Shown here: positions 11,501-21,055 of the stretch, piece after piece
Layout: each line of letters opens with the position of its first letter
Position numbering within the stretch: position 1 is the stretch's first letter
Origin: Candidatus Kapaibacterium sp.
GTDB lineage: Bacteria > Bacteroidota > Ignavibacteria > Kapaibacteriales > UBA2268
Assembly: GCA_937927515.1 (NCBI GenBank)
Contig: CALBDO010000005.1
Location: 71,665-135,664 of the forward strand
DNA: 64,000 bases
Reading direction: 5' to 3'
Position numbers and translations under genes: made by a program
The notes under the pieces: generated by a model
What the model saw: only the letters and a program-made list of their open reading frames with translations
What the model was told of the DNA's origin: nothing
Databases searched by the model: none

Positions 11501-12201
11501 TAAAAGCCTCGGGGGTTTTTGGAATATTTCCTGCCAACTCCATTGGCGAGGATGTAGAAGTTTACTCGCCAAACAATTTGCGAAGTGTTCAAACTGTTCT
11601 ACATTTCTTACGACAACAAACAAAGAAAGACGGTGCAAAGCCTAATTACTCTCTCGCAGATTTTGTTGCACCCAAGGGTAGTGGTATAACTGATTACATT
11701 GGTGCTTTTATAGTTACTGCAGGAATTGGTGTCGATGAACTTTCAAAAAATTTCAAGGAGGAAGGCGACGATTTCCGAGCTATTACAACAAAGATACTTG
11801 CAGACAGGCTTGCGGAAGCCTTTGCAGAGCTTTTACACAAGAAAGTAAGAACTGAATTTTGGGGCTATTCCTGTGAAAACTTAACTACAGAAGATTTGTT
11901 AAAAGAAAAATATCGAGGAATTCGACCAGCACCTGGTTATCCAGCCTGTCCAGACCATACCGAAAAGCAAATAATCTTCGACTTGCTCCTCGATGGCAAT
12001 AGCATTGGTGTCAAGTTAACCGAAACATTCCTGATGGTGCCAGCAGCTTCTGTGTGTGGTTTGTACTTTGCTCATCCAGAAGCTCGATACTTTCCCGTTG
12101 GAAAAATCGATAGAGACCAAGTCCTCGATTACAAACAAAGAAAAGGGATGGATTTGGAAGAAATTGAGAAATGGTTATCTCCAATTTTGGTTTATAAATA
12201 A
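8515..12201 (+). CDS. metH: Cobalamin-dependent methionine synthase
   Basis: 1228 aa. Contains the Hcy-binding domain, the pterin-binding domain, the B12-binding DxHxxG-like region ([10 protein letters not shown]) and the AdoMet-activation domain. Confidence 0.95.
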   Translation: MSKIEQLRQILSERILVLDGAMGTMIQKHRLDESDFRSKRFSNHPRDLKGNNDILVLTKPEIIAGIHQSYLDAGADIIETCTFNANRISQSDYGTENLVYEINFNAASIAKKLAQKKSQETPEKPRFVALSIGPTNKTLSLSPDVNNPAYRAISFDELVEAYYEQVRGGVEGGVDILLIETVFDTLNAKAAIYAIDEYFSNSGTEPLPVIISGTIVDQSGRTLSGQTVEAFYISISHCKNLLAVGLNCALGAKQIYQFLKSLSNISEVYTCVYPNAGLPNEFGEYDDTPESMAYYIEQFARQGLVNIVGGCCGTTPEHIESFAKVVSKHKPRILPPKSFYLRLSGLEPLIYTPETNFLNIGERTNISGSKKFARYILSGDYQSAIEIAKEQVQNGAQVVDVNLDEGLIDSEKAMRTFLNYLATEPEIAKVPIMIDSSKWSVIETGLKCLQGKGIVNSISLKDGEDEFLRRAQKILRYGAAVIVMAFDENGQAVTFEHKINICKRAYDILTQKVGFPPQDIIFDPNILTIGTGMDEHNNYAVEYIEATRWIKANLPYAKVSGGVSNLSFAFRGNEVVRRAMHSVFLYHSIQAGMDMGIVNPGQLDVYNEIEPQLRNLVEDLIFNRRPDATERLIEYANQIKNKGKITNEEAEEWRRLDVPQRLKYALIKGIDKYIVEDLKEALQLYNNPLEIIEGPLMEGMDEVGSLFGSGRMFLPQVIKSARVMKQSVAFLEPYIKQSLAKDSPAQKKLGTIVLATVKGDVHDIGKNIVGVVLSCNNFEVIDLGVMVPAEKIIEEAKKNNADIVGLSGLITPSLDEMINVAREFEKEKMKVPLLIGGATTSRVHTAVKIAPLYSQPVIYVPDASRSVPVASNLVNHVQRQSFIESINAEYLEIRENFRKKSEYNIIPYERAKANKFIFDEKTAEIVEPKFLGIKYLVSYDLNEIRQYINWTEFFLTWEMKARYPTIFEHPKYGEEAKRLFKEANELLDIIIKEDLIKASGVFGIFPANSIGEDVEVYSPNNLRSVQTVLHFLRQQTKKDGAKPNYSLADFVAPKGSGITDYIGAFIVTAGIGVDELSKNFKEEGDDFRAITTKILADRLAEAFAELLHKKVRTEFWGYSCENLTTEDLLKEKYRGIRPAPGYPACPDHTEKQIIFDLLLDGNSIGVKLTETFLMVPAASVCGLYFAHPEARYFPVGKIDRDQVLDYKQRKGMDLEEIEKWLSPILVYK

Positions 12202-12253
12202 AATAACAAATTATATTGCTCGTTGTTCATATATTGAGAAAGTGGAGGAGGAC

Positions 12254-12502
12254 ATGGTAAATGGACCAAAAGTAATTATATTTACTACCCCTACTTGTTC
12301 TTTCTGCAATGCTGCGAAACGCTACCTCCGCGAAAAAAAAGTACCATTTAAGGAAGTTGATGTTTCAAAGGATATGGTAGCCTTTCGTGATATGCAAAGG
12401 AGGACCGGAGGAAATACCGGTGTGCCGGTGATTTTGATAAATAACAAACCAATTATTGGGTTCGACAAAGCCCAAATCGATAGAATGTTGAATATTAAAT
12501 AG
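12254..12502 (+). CDS. Glutaredoxin-like small redox protein (CxxC = CSFC)
   Basis: 82 aa from the ATG at 12254, preceded by GGAGGAGG. Thioredoxin-fold pattern TCSFC...GGNTGVPVILIN. I chose the downstream ATG; the track ORF starts inside metH. Confidence 0.75.
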   Translation: MVNGPKVIIFTTPTCSFCNAAKRYLREKKVPFKEVDVSKDMVAFRDMQRRTGGNTGVPVILINNKPIIGFDKAQIDRMLNIK

Positions 12503-12510
12503 GAGGTTTT

Positions 12511-12780
12511 ATGAAAGTCAGACCAATTGACGACCGATTACTTATTAAACCAATTGAACCAGAAAGCAAAACTTCTGGTGGAATTATAATTCCTGATACT
12601 GCAAAGGAGAAACCTATTATGGGTGAAGTTGTTGCTGTTGGTACCGACGAGGAGCTCCAAAAGTTATTCAAAGTCGGGGATAAGATAATTTTTGCGAAGT
12701 ATGGTGGGGAGGAGATTACCATTGATGGTCAAGACTATCGCATCATCCAGCGCTCTGATGTATTGGCAATTGTCGAGTAA
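12511..12780 (+). CDS. groES: Co-chaperonin GroES (Hsp10); no groEL follows
   Basis: 89 aa aligning to GroES throughout (IKPIEPESKTSGGIIIP...DILAIVE). An AGGAGG RBS precedes it. A terminator follows directly. Confidence 0.9.
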   Translation: MKVRPIDDRLLIKPIEPESKTSGGIIIPDTAKEKPIMGEVVAVGTDEELQKLFKVGDKIIFAKYGGEEITIDGQDYRIIQRSDVLAIVE

Positions 12781-12797
12781 TTTTTTCTGCTAATTTC

Positions 12798-12850
12798 AAA
12801 GGCTGTCTCGGTTTTAAAACTTAAACAATTTTACCGGACAGCCTTTGTTA
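12798..12850. terminator. Bidirectional rho-independent terminator between groES and the convergent OM barrel gene
   Basis: Inverted repeat ggctgtc(t)cgg ... ccggacagcc with flanking A- and T-runs. Confidence 0.55.
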
Positions 12851-12854
12851 TTTA

Positions 12855-14285
12855 TTAATATCTGTAAGTGAATTGCAAGCCTATCTTGATTGGGGATAGT
12901 TTTATTATGTAGTTTCTGGAGTTTTCATCATCGGTCTCGTAATTAGTACGAAGAACCGAGTTGGTAAGGTACTGGAAAGTTGGTTCGAGTCTTATATTGG
13001 GAGCGAGATAAATTGCTGCGCCCAAGGAGAGAATGTTCGTATTTGCATTTGGGATGTCTTTAACGTATGGCGACGTAATGGAAGAGTACCCAGCACGAAA
13101 TTCCACTGGAAGAATACTCGGAGCGTATTGAATACCCAGACCCCATTGCACCTGGCCAACTAACTCTCGTACTATCTTAGAGTTTAGACGGTCTATCTCG
13201 GGAGGGGCATCGCTAAATCTCAATTGTGTAACATCAAAATATTCAACCCCAGCGGTGAAAATAAAATCAACTACTTTGATGGAGATGCCAGCTGCGTAAA
13301 TAAATGGTGTTGTAATTTTATAAGAATTGTAGGAGTTTTCTTTGGGCTCATAGGGATTTGGTTCCCAGCCATCGTCGAAACGAGCATAAGCATCCTGACG
13401 AAACTCCTCTTCGACTTGGAAATAAGTGGGAAACTTTATAGTGGCTCCGAAACGGAGAAAGTTTTCAAATGTGCCAAAGACACCTAAAGAACCCGAGATA
13501 CCAGATACTTTTTGTGTTAAACTTTCTTTTAAAGAAAATGAATTGAAATCGATATTTGAATAATTTACTGAATCAAAAAAGTTGTATTTATTTTTTATGT
13601 CTATTTCATTGAACTCTCTATTATAGGTAAACCTTCCAAATTTACCCATTATGGTAGCCCCAATTGATACATTTTTGTTCAGTCGTACTGAAAATCCACC
13701 AGTGATGTTGTGTAAGCCACCGTCTTCGTTGACCAATATGTTTTGCTGAACAGAATCTACTACTGGTGTCTTAAACTTATTGTTAGCAAGCCAAAGGAAA
13801 TACGGTATATTTAAAGTTGTATCTTGTGGTCCATACTTAGCCATTGAGTTTATAATAGAACTTTTGGGATTAAATCCAGAGTAGTCGAAATAGTTTTGAA
13901 AGTTGTTTTCGTGGAAGTAACCAATGCCAGCAACGACGTCTTTGCTAAACTCCTTTACCGGTACAACAATGCCGATGTGAGTAAAGTAGCTCGAATTCGA
14001 CTTTCGCTCCATTTTGTTTGATAAGTAATCGCTTTCGGTGATGTTTCGGTTAAATCCTAAGCCAAGTGAAATTTCGCTATGCCCGATGAAGATTAAACCA
14101 GCAGGGTTGAAGAACAAACCAGAAATATCGTCGGAAAGCCCGTAGAAAGCTACACCGAAACTCGAGGCACGAGGGGTAATCATGGAATTGGGTATTGTAT
14201 AACGAAGAGCATCCTCGACAAACTGTGGAAAAATTTCAATATGCCAAAGAGAGATTAATAAGAGAACTAGAAAGATTTTCTTCAT
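12855..14285 (-). CDS. Outer-membrane beta-barrel protein (FadL/PorV-like class, unassigned)
   Basis: Signal peptide MKKIFLVLLLISLW from the internal start. Glycine/aromatic-rich alternating beta-strand composition. C-terminus ...LQFTYRY has an aromatic last residue and alternating hydrophobics, as OMPs do. Its start overlaps the stop of the upstream lipoprotein gene. Confidence 0.6.
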   Translation of the reverse strand: MKKIFLVLLLISLWHIEIFPQFVEDALRYTIPNSMITPRASSFGVAFYGLSDDISGLFFNPAGLIFIGHSEISLGLGFNRNITESDYLSNKMERKSNSSYFTHIGIVVPVKEFSKDVVAGIGYFHENNFQNYFDYSGFNPKSSIINSMAKYGPQDTTLNIPYFLWLANNKFKTPVVDSVQQNILVNEDGGLHNITGGFSVRLNKNVSIGATIMGKFGRFTYNREFNEIDIKNKYNFFDSVNYSNIDFNSFSLKESLTQKVSGISGSLGVFGTFENFLRFGATIKFPTYFQVEEEFRQDAYARFDDGWEPNPYEPKENSYNSYKITTPFIYAAGISIKVVDFIFTAGVEYFDVTQLRFSDAPPEIDRLNSKIVRELVGQVQWGLGIQYAPSILPVEFRAGYSSITSPYVKDIPNANTNILSLGAAIYLAPNIRLEPTFQYLTNSVLRTNYETDDENSRNYIIKLSPIKIGLQFTYRY

Positions 14286-14289
14286 ATTT

Positions 14290-15000
14290 TCACCTTGGTC
14301 TTGTTTGACTTCTATCTTGTTTAGTTTTGGATTCAGACTTTGGCGTTTCATCGGCTTTTGAAGGTTTTTCTGGTAGTTTAGTTTTTACTGGTTCGGTATC
14401 GATTCTTGGGGTATCGGTGGGTTTTGTAACTTGTGTATTTCGTCCCTCGCTGCGTGAACTACTTCGAGTTTCTTTAGTTGGTGTTTCTCTTTTGTCATAA
14501 TCGTAATCACCTCGAGAGGGACCAAAATCCCGCACTCTCCTTTCACGTGGCTTATCTTCCTTAACATCGTATGGAACATATATTATCCTAGACCTTCTAT
14601 CCCACCAATAACTCCAGTATGGTGATGGATAGTAAACACAGTGATGACGTTGGTTGTAAGGTACGTAAATGACATAAGAGTCCCAAAATGGGTCGTAATA
14701 GTTGTTGCCAAAGTATAGGAATAAGTCGATATCAGAGGGGTCGTAGAAGCGAACGTAATTTGGTGCATATGGATAGGGGTAATAGTTGTTGATAATATAA
14801 ACATCGCCAGAGTTATCTGTTTTTTGGTTTATCTTGCGAGAGTAAACATGAGGGGTAGAGTGGTTTGTCTTTTTAAGTGTTTTGTCATATTTAGGTTCGT
14901 TATTATATCCAAAATATTCCTCGCGAAGCTTATTACTCGAAGCGCAGCCAGCGAAAATTAAAAAGGATATTAAAGCAAATAAAAAGAACTTTGTTTTCAT
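14290..15000 (-). CDS. Lipoprotein with a Tyr/Pro/Trp-rich core and a charged low-complexity tail
   Basis: ATG at 15000 with a GGAGGT SD. Lipobox-like FAGC after the signal peptide MKTKFFLFALISFLI. The track's upstream start is a TTG. See findings for composition. Confidence 0.65.
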   Translation of the reverse strand: MKTKFFLFALISFLIFAGCASSNKLREEYFGYNNEPKYDKTLKKTNHSTPHVYSRKINQKTDNSGDVYIINNYYPYPYAPNYVRFYDPSDIDLFLYFGNNYYDPFWDSYVIYVPYNQRHHCVYYPSPYWSYWWDRRSRIIYVPYDVKEDKPRERRVRDFGPSRGDYDYDKRETPTKETRSSSRSEGRNTQVTKPTDTPRIDTEPVKTKLPEKPSKADETPKSESKTKQDRSQTRPR

Positions 15001-15115
15001 TTTACCTCCGAATTGTCTACACAAATTTATACGAATAATTTGAACAAATGTTACAATTAAATTTTCTTTTTTACATATCGTCAATATTTTCTTGAATTAA
15101 AGTGATAAAAATTGT

Positions 15116-16213
15116 ATGAAATATAAGAGAAGAGTTTTAGTTGGTATGTCTGGAGGTGTAGATTCCTCGACTACCGCTGCTATATTGAAATCTCAAGGAT
15201 ATGAAGTTGTGGGTATTACTGTTACATCGGTTAAAATTACAGACGATTGCAAGGTGGAGAATAGCACCTCCGGCTGTTGCAATTATCAAGCTATTATAGA
15301 TGCAAGCGATGTTGCTGAGTATCTTGGAATTGAGCATCATATTGTAGACCTATCGGATGTTTTCAAAGAAAAGATAATCTCCAATTTCGTCGATGAATAT
15401 TTGAAAGGTAGAACTCCAAATCCTTGTTCATTGTGCAATCCTTTGATTAAATGGGGTGAAATTTTGAAAAAAGCAGATGACTACGATTGTTATTTTTACG
15501 CTACTGGACATTATGCAAAGCTTGTTCTGGATAATGAAACATCGAGATATTACGTCAGAATGGCAAAAGACAAAAATAAGGACCAATCATACTTCCTTTG
15601 GGGTTTAAGCCAAGAACAACTCAAAAGGACAATTTTTCCACTGGGGGATTACACGAAAGCCGAAGTCAGAGAGTTAGCCAAAACTTTTGGCTTGAAAGTG
15701 TATAATAAATTCGAAAGCCAGGAGATTTGTTTTGTCCCTACCAACAACTATCGAGACGTTATAAATAAATATGCTATTGGTTTGGAGTCTATCCAAGAAG
15801 GGGATATTGTTTTTCGTGGCGTTGTTATCGGCAAACACAAAGGCTATATCAATTATACAATTGGCCAAAGAAAAGGCTTGGGTGTGAGCTATTCCAAACC
15901 ACTGTATGTGAAAAATATTTTTCCCGATACGAATACGATTGAAGTAGACGTAGAGGAAGGTTTAAGTTCAAAAAAACTTTATGCTTCGAATGTAAATTTT
16001 ATGAAATCGGAAAATTTAATTGAAAAGAGGCCTTATTTGGTAAAAATTCGTTACAAAGACAAGGGCTCGTTGGCTTACTGTACATTGTCAAGTAGTGGTC
16101 AACTAATTGTTGATTTCCTGGAACCCAAAAAAGCCATTACTCCTGGACAATCGGTGGTTGTGTATGATGAGGAAGACTTAGTTGTTGGTGGAGTCATATA
16201 TGCAAGTGAATAA
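15116..16213 (+). CDS. mnmA: tRNA-specific 2-thiouridylase
   Basis: PP-loop SGGVDSS, catalytic Cys residues, 365 aa. Confidence 0.9.
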   Translation: MKYKRRVLVGMSGGVDSSTTAAILKSQGYEVVGITVTSVKITDDCKVENSTSGCCNYQAIIDASDVAEYLGIEHHIVDLSDVFKEKIISNFVDEYLKGRTPNPCSLCNPLIKWGEILKKADDYDCYFYATGHYAKLVLDNETSRYYVRMAKDKNKDQSYFLWGLSQEQLKRTIFPLGDYTKAEVRELAKTFGLKVYNKFESQEICFVPTNNYRDVINKYAIGLESIQEGDIVFRGVVIGKHKGYINYTIGQRKGLGVSYSKPLYVKNIFPDTNTIEVDVEEGLSSKKLYASNVNFMKSENLIEKRPYLVKIRYKDKGSLAYCTLSSSGQLIVDFLEPKKAITPGQSVVVYDEEDLVVGGVIYASE

Positions 16214-17108
16214 GATTTCTTTTCTTATGTTCTTAGTTTCAATTAGTTTTTGCTCTTTCTCTTATTTAGCAATAACACAAGAAGATAGTACAACCAAAGA
16301 TTCGACTATTTACTGTTTCAAATACAACTTTAACCTCAACGATACGCTCGTTTACTTGGTCCATTCCTATGATAGTATTGTAATAGATTATGGTAGGCCC
16401 TTGCTCAAAGAGAGAAATGAAATTCATCAAGTGATATGCGAAAGTATTACCAAGAATGGCGACTTTATCTTGAAATATAAATTATTGGCTTTCGAAGGTC
16501 GGGATAAACAGGATACCACATTTATTCAATATGATGAATCGGATTGGTTAAATAGAGAAATTCGAATAGAAATCGACTCCTTCGGTAATCGAAAAAATTT
16601 TTGGTGCGACGACACAACAATTAGTGGACGTACTCCGGGAGGACCTTTCCAGCCACACTTGTTCTTCCCATTCCAAGAGAATTGTAAAAAGTTAAATGAG
16701 ACTTGGTTGGTGCGAACAACAGAGGATTTGGTCGAAAATGGTATTCCCATACCACGGCTCCGACACACAATGCTTTTTAAAATGCTTGGCGAGTTTGACA
16801 CTCTTGGCGAGAAAGTAGTACGTAGTGAATTTATTAGAACTGGACAAGGTTTCCTCAAGCTTTCAAATCCAGCAGGTGAGTTAACTTTAAATGCAATTAT
16901 TAATTCTTACGGTTATTTGGATGTGTCTAAAGAGAAGTTGATACCAGTACACCTTTTTACGACGGTTGAACAAAAATTAACATTTGTTTCGAACGACTCT
17001 GAAAGTACTGGGCGGCATTATATTTATTGTAACTTTACACTTATAGATTACAAAAAAGGACCGTCAAAGAAGAAAATACCTGCTTCAAAAGTGAAAAAAA
17101 GGAAATAA
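16200..17108 (+). CDS. Hypothetical secreted protein with a Lys-rich C-terminal tail
   Basis: Start at internal ATG 16200 (MQVNKISFLMFLVSISFCSF, signal-like). C-terminal KKGPSKKKIPASKVKKRK. Overlaps the mnmA 3' end by 14 nt. Confidence 0.5.
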   Translation: MQVNKISFLMFLVSISFCSFSYLAITQEDSTTKDSTIYCFKYNFNLNDTLVYLVHSYDSIVIDYGRPLLKERNEIHQVICESITKNGDFILKYKLLAFEGRDKQDTTFIQYDESDWLNREIRIEIDSFGNRKNFWCDDTTISGRTPGGPFQPHLFFPFQENCKKLNETWLVRTTEDLVENGIPIPRLRHTMLFKMLGEFDTLGEKVVRSEFIRTGQGFLKLSNPAGELTLNAIINSYGYLDVSKEKLIPVHLFTTVEQKLTFVSNDSESTGRHYIYCNFTLIDYKKGPSKKKIPASKVKKRK

Positions 17109-17112
17109 GAAA

Positions 17113-18030
17113 TCAAGAATTTCTAAAAAACTCCACTGTCAATTCTAACCCATGGTCCAAATTAATTTCTGGCTTCCAGCCAGTTAACCTCTGAAATTTT
17201 TCGTAAGACAAACAACTTCTTAGAATTTCGCCAGGTTTAGGTGGTCCATGAATTGCATCTAAATCAGAATTGATTATTCCTTTAATTTTTTTGAAAATGG
17301 TATTTACATCTGTTTCAATTCCGGTTGAAATGTTGAATATACCATTTACGTTTTCGTTCAAGGATAGTACATTTGCTCGGATGACATCTGATATGAAGAC
17401 GTAGTCTCTTGTTGCTGTTCCATCTCCATGTATAATAGGTTGCACACCTTTTAATAACTTACTGGTGAAGATTGCAACTACTCCAGCCTCTCCCTTGGGA
17501 TTTTGACGTGGGCCATAGACATTGCTGTACCTTAAAGCTACAAACTGAGTACCGTATACTTTTTGAAAGAAGGAAAGATAAAGTTCATTGGTCAATTTAG
17601 AGATACCATAAGGCGAGCAAGGGTTCAATGGATGTTCCTCGTTTGCGGGGTAGTAGATTTGTTCTCCGTATACTGTTCCACCAGATGAAGCAAAAATAAT
17701 TTTTTTTACCTTGGAACGAACAGCACTATTGTATAATCTTACACTACCGAGTATGTTGGTTTGGGCATCGAAGACTGGGTTGTCCACCGAGATTCGAACA
17801 TCAATTTGCGCTGCATGGTGATTGATAACATCGAAGTTTCTTTTTTCTATAATTGTGGAGATTTCAGGGTCATTAATATCTAATTTGAGGAATTCTGCTT
17901 TGGGGTTTACATTTGAAATATCGCCAGTGGAAAGGTTATCAACAACAGTTACATTGTGCCCAAGTGAGATATATGCATCGACAATATGCGACCCAATAAA
18001 TCCGGCACCTCCTGTGACAAGTATGTTCAT
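17113..18030 (-). CDS. NAD-dependent epimerase/dehydratase (UDP-sugar 4-epimerase-like)
   Basis: N-terminal TGGAGFIGSH; catalytic YxxxK (YGISK); 305 aa. Confidence 0.85.
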   Translation of the reverse strand: MNILVTGGAGFIGSHIVDAYISLGHNVTVVDNLSTGDISNVNPKAEFLKLDINDPEISTIIEKRNFDVINHHAAQIDVRISVDNPVFDAQTNILGSVRLYNSAVRSKVKKIIFASSGGTVYGEQIYYPANEEHPLNPCSPYGISKLTNELYLSFFQKVYGTQFVALRYSNVYGPRQNPKGEAGVVAIFTSKLLKGVQPIIHGDGTATRDYVFISDVIRANVLSLNENVNGIFNISTGIETDVNTIFKKIKGIINSDLDAIHGPPKPGEILRSCLSYEKFQRLTGWKPEINLDHGLELTVEFFRNS

Positions 18031-19151
18031 TTTTCAACCAAGTTGGTAAAACATTTATTAAGTAAAATGTCTACAATTCGCATTGCTGCTTTTCCATCCC
18101 ATAGTGGTGGAACCCGATGCTGACGTCGTTCTCCATTTAAAATTTTTTTTACTGCTGTAATAAGTTTTTCTTTTTCGGGGTAAACCAAATAATTAGTCCC
18201 AATCTCGCAAGTTATAGGTCTTTCGGTAGAAGTTCTCATCGTAATGCAAGGAATTCCCAAATATGTTGTTTCTTCTTGAATTCCTCCAGAATCGGTTATT
18301 ACAAATTTTGAGTGCTTCATTAGTTTTACAAAGTCGATGTAGCCTAATGGTTCAGTCAAAATTAAGTTTGGAATACTTTTGAATTTCGATAGCAGATTAA
18401 ATTGTTCAATGTTTTTCCTTGTTCGAGGATGCAAAGGTAAAACTAAATGCAGGCTTTTGCAAATGTACTCAATTAGTTCAAGTATTTGTATAAGTTGAGT
18501 TTTCTCGTCTACATTGCTGGGGCGGTGCAAGGTCATTACTGCAAACTCTTTATCATTTAGTCTAAGTTTAGAAATTATATTACTTTTGTTAACTTTAGGC
18601 AAAATGTATATCAAAGAATCTATCATTGTGTTGCCAACAAAGTATACTTTTTCTGGGTCGTGCCCTTCTTTCAAGAGATTTTGGACCCCGCTTTCTTCTG
18701 TTACGAAAAGGTAATCACAAATTGAATCCGTGGCAATTCGGTTAATTTCTTCCGGCATTGTTCTGTCGAAGCTTCGTAGTCCAGCCTCGATATGTGCAGT
18801 TTTAATGCCAAGTTTTGTTGCAGTTAATGTTGCCGCAATAGTAGAGTTGACATCTCCAACGACGATAACAAGGTCCGGTTTCGCTTGGTAACAAATCTTC
18901 TCGAATTCAATCATAATTTTTCCAGTTTGCTCGCCGTGACTACCCGAGCCAACGCCTAAATAAAAGGTAGGTCGAGGTAAACCAAGGTCTTCGAAGAAAA
19001 TTTTCGACATTTCGTAGTCGTAGTGTTGCCCAGTGTGACAAATTAGATGCTCGACCTGTTCTTTATGTAATAAAAATTCTCTATGGATTGGGGCGACTTT
19101 CATAAAATTTGGTCGAGCACCAACAACGGATATTACTCTTAATTTTTTCAT
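18027..19151 (-). CDS. wecB: UDP-N-acetylglucosamine 2-epimerase (non-hydrolysing)
   Basis: 374 aa with Epimerase_2 family features (VVGARPNFMK...HTGQHYD...). It overlaps the downstream epimerase gene by 4 nt. Confidence 0.85.
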   Translation of the reverse strand: MKKLRVISVVGARPNFMKVAPIHREFLLHKEQVEHLICHTGQHYDYEMSKIFFEDLGLPRPTFYLGVGSGSHGEQTGKIMIEFEKICYQAKPDLVIVVGDVNSTIAATLTATKLGIKTAHIEAGLRSFDRTMPEEINRIATDSICDYLFVTEESGVQNLLKEGHDPEKVYFVGNTMIDSLIYILPKVNKSNIISKLRLNDKEFAVMTLHRPSNVDEKTQLIQILELIEYICKSLHLVLPLHPRTRKNIEQFNLLSKFKSIPNLILTEPLGYIDFVKLMKHSKFVITDSGGIQEETTYLGIPCITMRTSTERPITCEIGTNYLVYPEKEKLITAVKKILNGERRQHRVPPLWDGKAAMRIVDILLNKCFTNLVEK

Positions 19152-19269
19152 TAATAAATTTATTTACAAATAAAGGTACAAAATTAACTTATAATAATCA
19201 ATTAGTTTATTTGTCTTTTTTGTAGTTTTGATTGTAACATTTTTATACTTTTGATGTTATTATTTCTGA

Positions 19270-19836
19270 ATGGCTTACAATTTAGAGAAATTTAGTGATA
19301 ACGACTTATACAATTTGCTTTCAAATGGTGGTAAAGAAAGCGAATTTGCTTTTTTAGAAATATATAGGAGGTACTCTGGAAGGATTTATGCATATTGTAA
19401 AAGATTTCTTGGGAACAAAGAGGATGCTATGGATGTTTTTCAAGATACGTTTGTAAGGTTTTACCATTCCTCGAAAGAAGTGCGTCAAATGTCGAATCTT
19501 TCTGCTTTTCTTTTGAGAATAGCAAAGAACTTGTGCTTAAATTATTTAAGACAAAAGAAGCAGTCCCTCGAAGTCGAGGATTACATGTCCCATATTGATA
19601 TTGAAAATCAGAACGATACCAATGAGATGTTGAAATTAATTCATGATGCAATAAATCAGTTGCCGGATGATTATCGCGAGATTTTCATTCTTCGTGAATA
19701 TCAAGGCATGAGTTACAATGAGATTGCACAGCATTTGAATATTTCGCTTTCTTTAGTAAAGGTTCGTCTCTTTCGAGCAAAAGAAAAGCTTCGTGAAATA
19801 CTTGCTCCAGTTATTTCCGAGTTGTCTAAATTTTAA
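19270..19836 (+). CDS. ECF (sigma-70 family) RNA polymerase sigma factor
   Basis: 188 aa. Region 2 (DAMDVFQDTFVRFY) and region 4 HTH (YREIFILREYQGMSYNEIAQHLNISLSLVKVRLFRAKEKL). Confidence 0.9.
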   Translation: MAYNLEKFSDNDLYNLLSNGGKESEFAFLEIYRRYSGRIYAYCKRFLGNKEDAMDVFQDTFVRFYHSSKEVRQMSNLSAFLLRIAKNLCLNYLRQKKQSLEVEDYMSHIDIENQNDTNEMLKLIHDAINQLPDDYREIFILREYQGMSYNEIAQHLNISLSLVKVRLFRAKEKLREILAPVISELSKF

Positions 19837-19845
19837 GGAGGTTCG

Positions 19846-21033
19846 ATGGAATTAAACAAGAATTTAGAACAGATTATTGAATATTTAGATGGTGAGTTGC
19901 CAATAACAGAAGAACAAGAATTGTTCTCTGCACTGGCTAAAAGTGAGCCTTTGCGAAATGCAATGCGTGATTATTTAACTCTGTCTCGTGCAATTCATTA
20001 TGATGCCGTTTCTTTTCAACCGCCCCCAGAAGCTACAATGAACATATTTACAAAATTGGGAATTCAAAATATAGACTATTTAAACTCTCCATCTCCAAAG
20101 ACTTTCTCAAGTAAAACAAAGAAATTTGTTCTCCCAATTTTGTTTGCTTTGGTTTCTTCTTTGGGGACTTTTCTGGCAACTTATTATTTCTTTAACAAAA
20201 ATCAGCATGTTCCTTACACTTCGAGAGCAATCGTACAAGCTCCTCCAATAATTATTTCCTCTGTGCAAAATGAAAATATAAATTCCTCATTAAACACAAA
20301 TGCATTTCTTAATACCTTTCCAAATAGAAATGCAATTCAAAACTCTAACGCAGGAAATGTTTTGACTTTGCAAACCAACGATGCAAAGCCAATAGCCAGT
20401 TTGTTGGAAACGTCTCATTTTAAAGCAAATGCTTTGGGTGAAGCTACCCTCAACAAAGATGATTACTCAAATGATTTTTACCAAACAACTTTTCAACAAG
20501 ATAAAGAGATAATTAAACTTAGTATTCCCAAACCAAAGAATATTTTCTTTACCATTCGTGGCATTGTAGCAAAATCTTTTCCAGACCCAGATATCGTTCC
20601 CAAAGGAACTGAAAAGCTATTTTCAAATTTGAGTGCTGGTTTGTATTTTACACAGTGGGATAATATTAAATTTGGTATAGAATTTGGCAATGAAATTTTT
20701 GGTTTGAATTATCAAAATATGAAAGATGGTATAGAATTTACATACGAGCAAAAACCGAATTTGTACTGGGCTGCTGTTGGAGTTGATTATACTGTTCCGA
20801 AAGAACTAATGCAGATTCCAAACATTTACCCGTTTACAACAATTCTTGCTGGTGGTTCTCAGATTGGAGGTCCTTTGTTGAAAGGGTTATTTGGCTTGCG
20901 TTATAGGCCGTTCAACTCTAATTTTGAAATCTACCTTGCAACAGAGGGCACTTTATTGTTTTATCAAAATCAGAAAAAAAATTTTCTGTCCCGAAAATTC
21001 GGTTTAACTTATGGAATGTCGGTTATTTTTTAA
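19846..21033 (+). CDS. Putative membrane-anchored anti-sigma factor with a C-terminal beta-barrel-like domain
   Basis: Lies 9 bp after the sigma gene behind a GGAGG RBS. The N-terminal ~60 aa follow the anti-sigma pattern (IEYLDGELP...AMRDYL) but lack Zn ligands. One TM helix (FVLPILFALVSSLGTFLATYYFF). After an N/S/Q-rich linker the C-terminus has alternating aromatic strands ending ...LTYGMSVIF. Confidence 0.6.
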   Translation: MELNKNLEQIIEYLDGELPITEEQELFSALAKSEPLRNAMRDYLTLSRAIHYDAVSFQPPPEATMNIFTKLGIQNIDYLNSPSPKTFSSKTKKFVLPILFALVSSLGTFLATYYFFNKNQHVPYTSRAIVQAPPIIISSVQNENINSSLNTNAFLNTFPNRNAIQNSNAGNVLTLQTNDAKPIASLLETSHFKANALGEATLNKDDYSNDFYQTTFQQDKEIIKLSIPKPKNIFFTIRGIVAKSFPDPDIVPKGTEKLFSNLSAGLYFTQWDNIKFGIEFGNEIFGLNYQNMKDGIEFTYEQKPNLYWAAVGVDYTVPKELMQIPNIYPFTTILAGGSQIGGPLLKGLFGLRYRPFNSNFEIYLATEGTLLFYQNQKKNFLSRKFGLTYGMSVIF

Positions 21034-21055
21034 TTTCCACTTATTGAAAAGGATT

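Noticed and set aside
14290-15084. Track start at 15084 for the lipoprotein gene; ORF 12855-14351 has no valid start codon in my coordinate reading
   Set aside because: Codon 15084-15082 is TTG and yields a non-signal N-terminus. The ATG at 15000 has a GGAGGT SD and gives a textbook lipoprotein signal peptide. I could not reconcile coordinates 14350-14352 with the track by 1 nt, so I derived the barrel gene start 14285 from the track frame.
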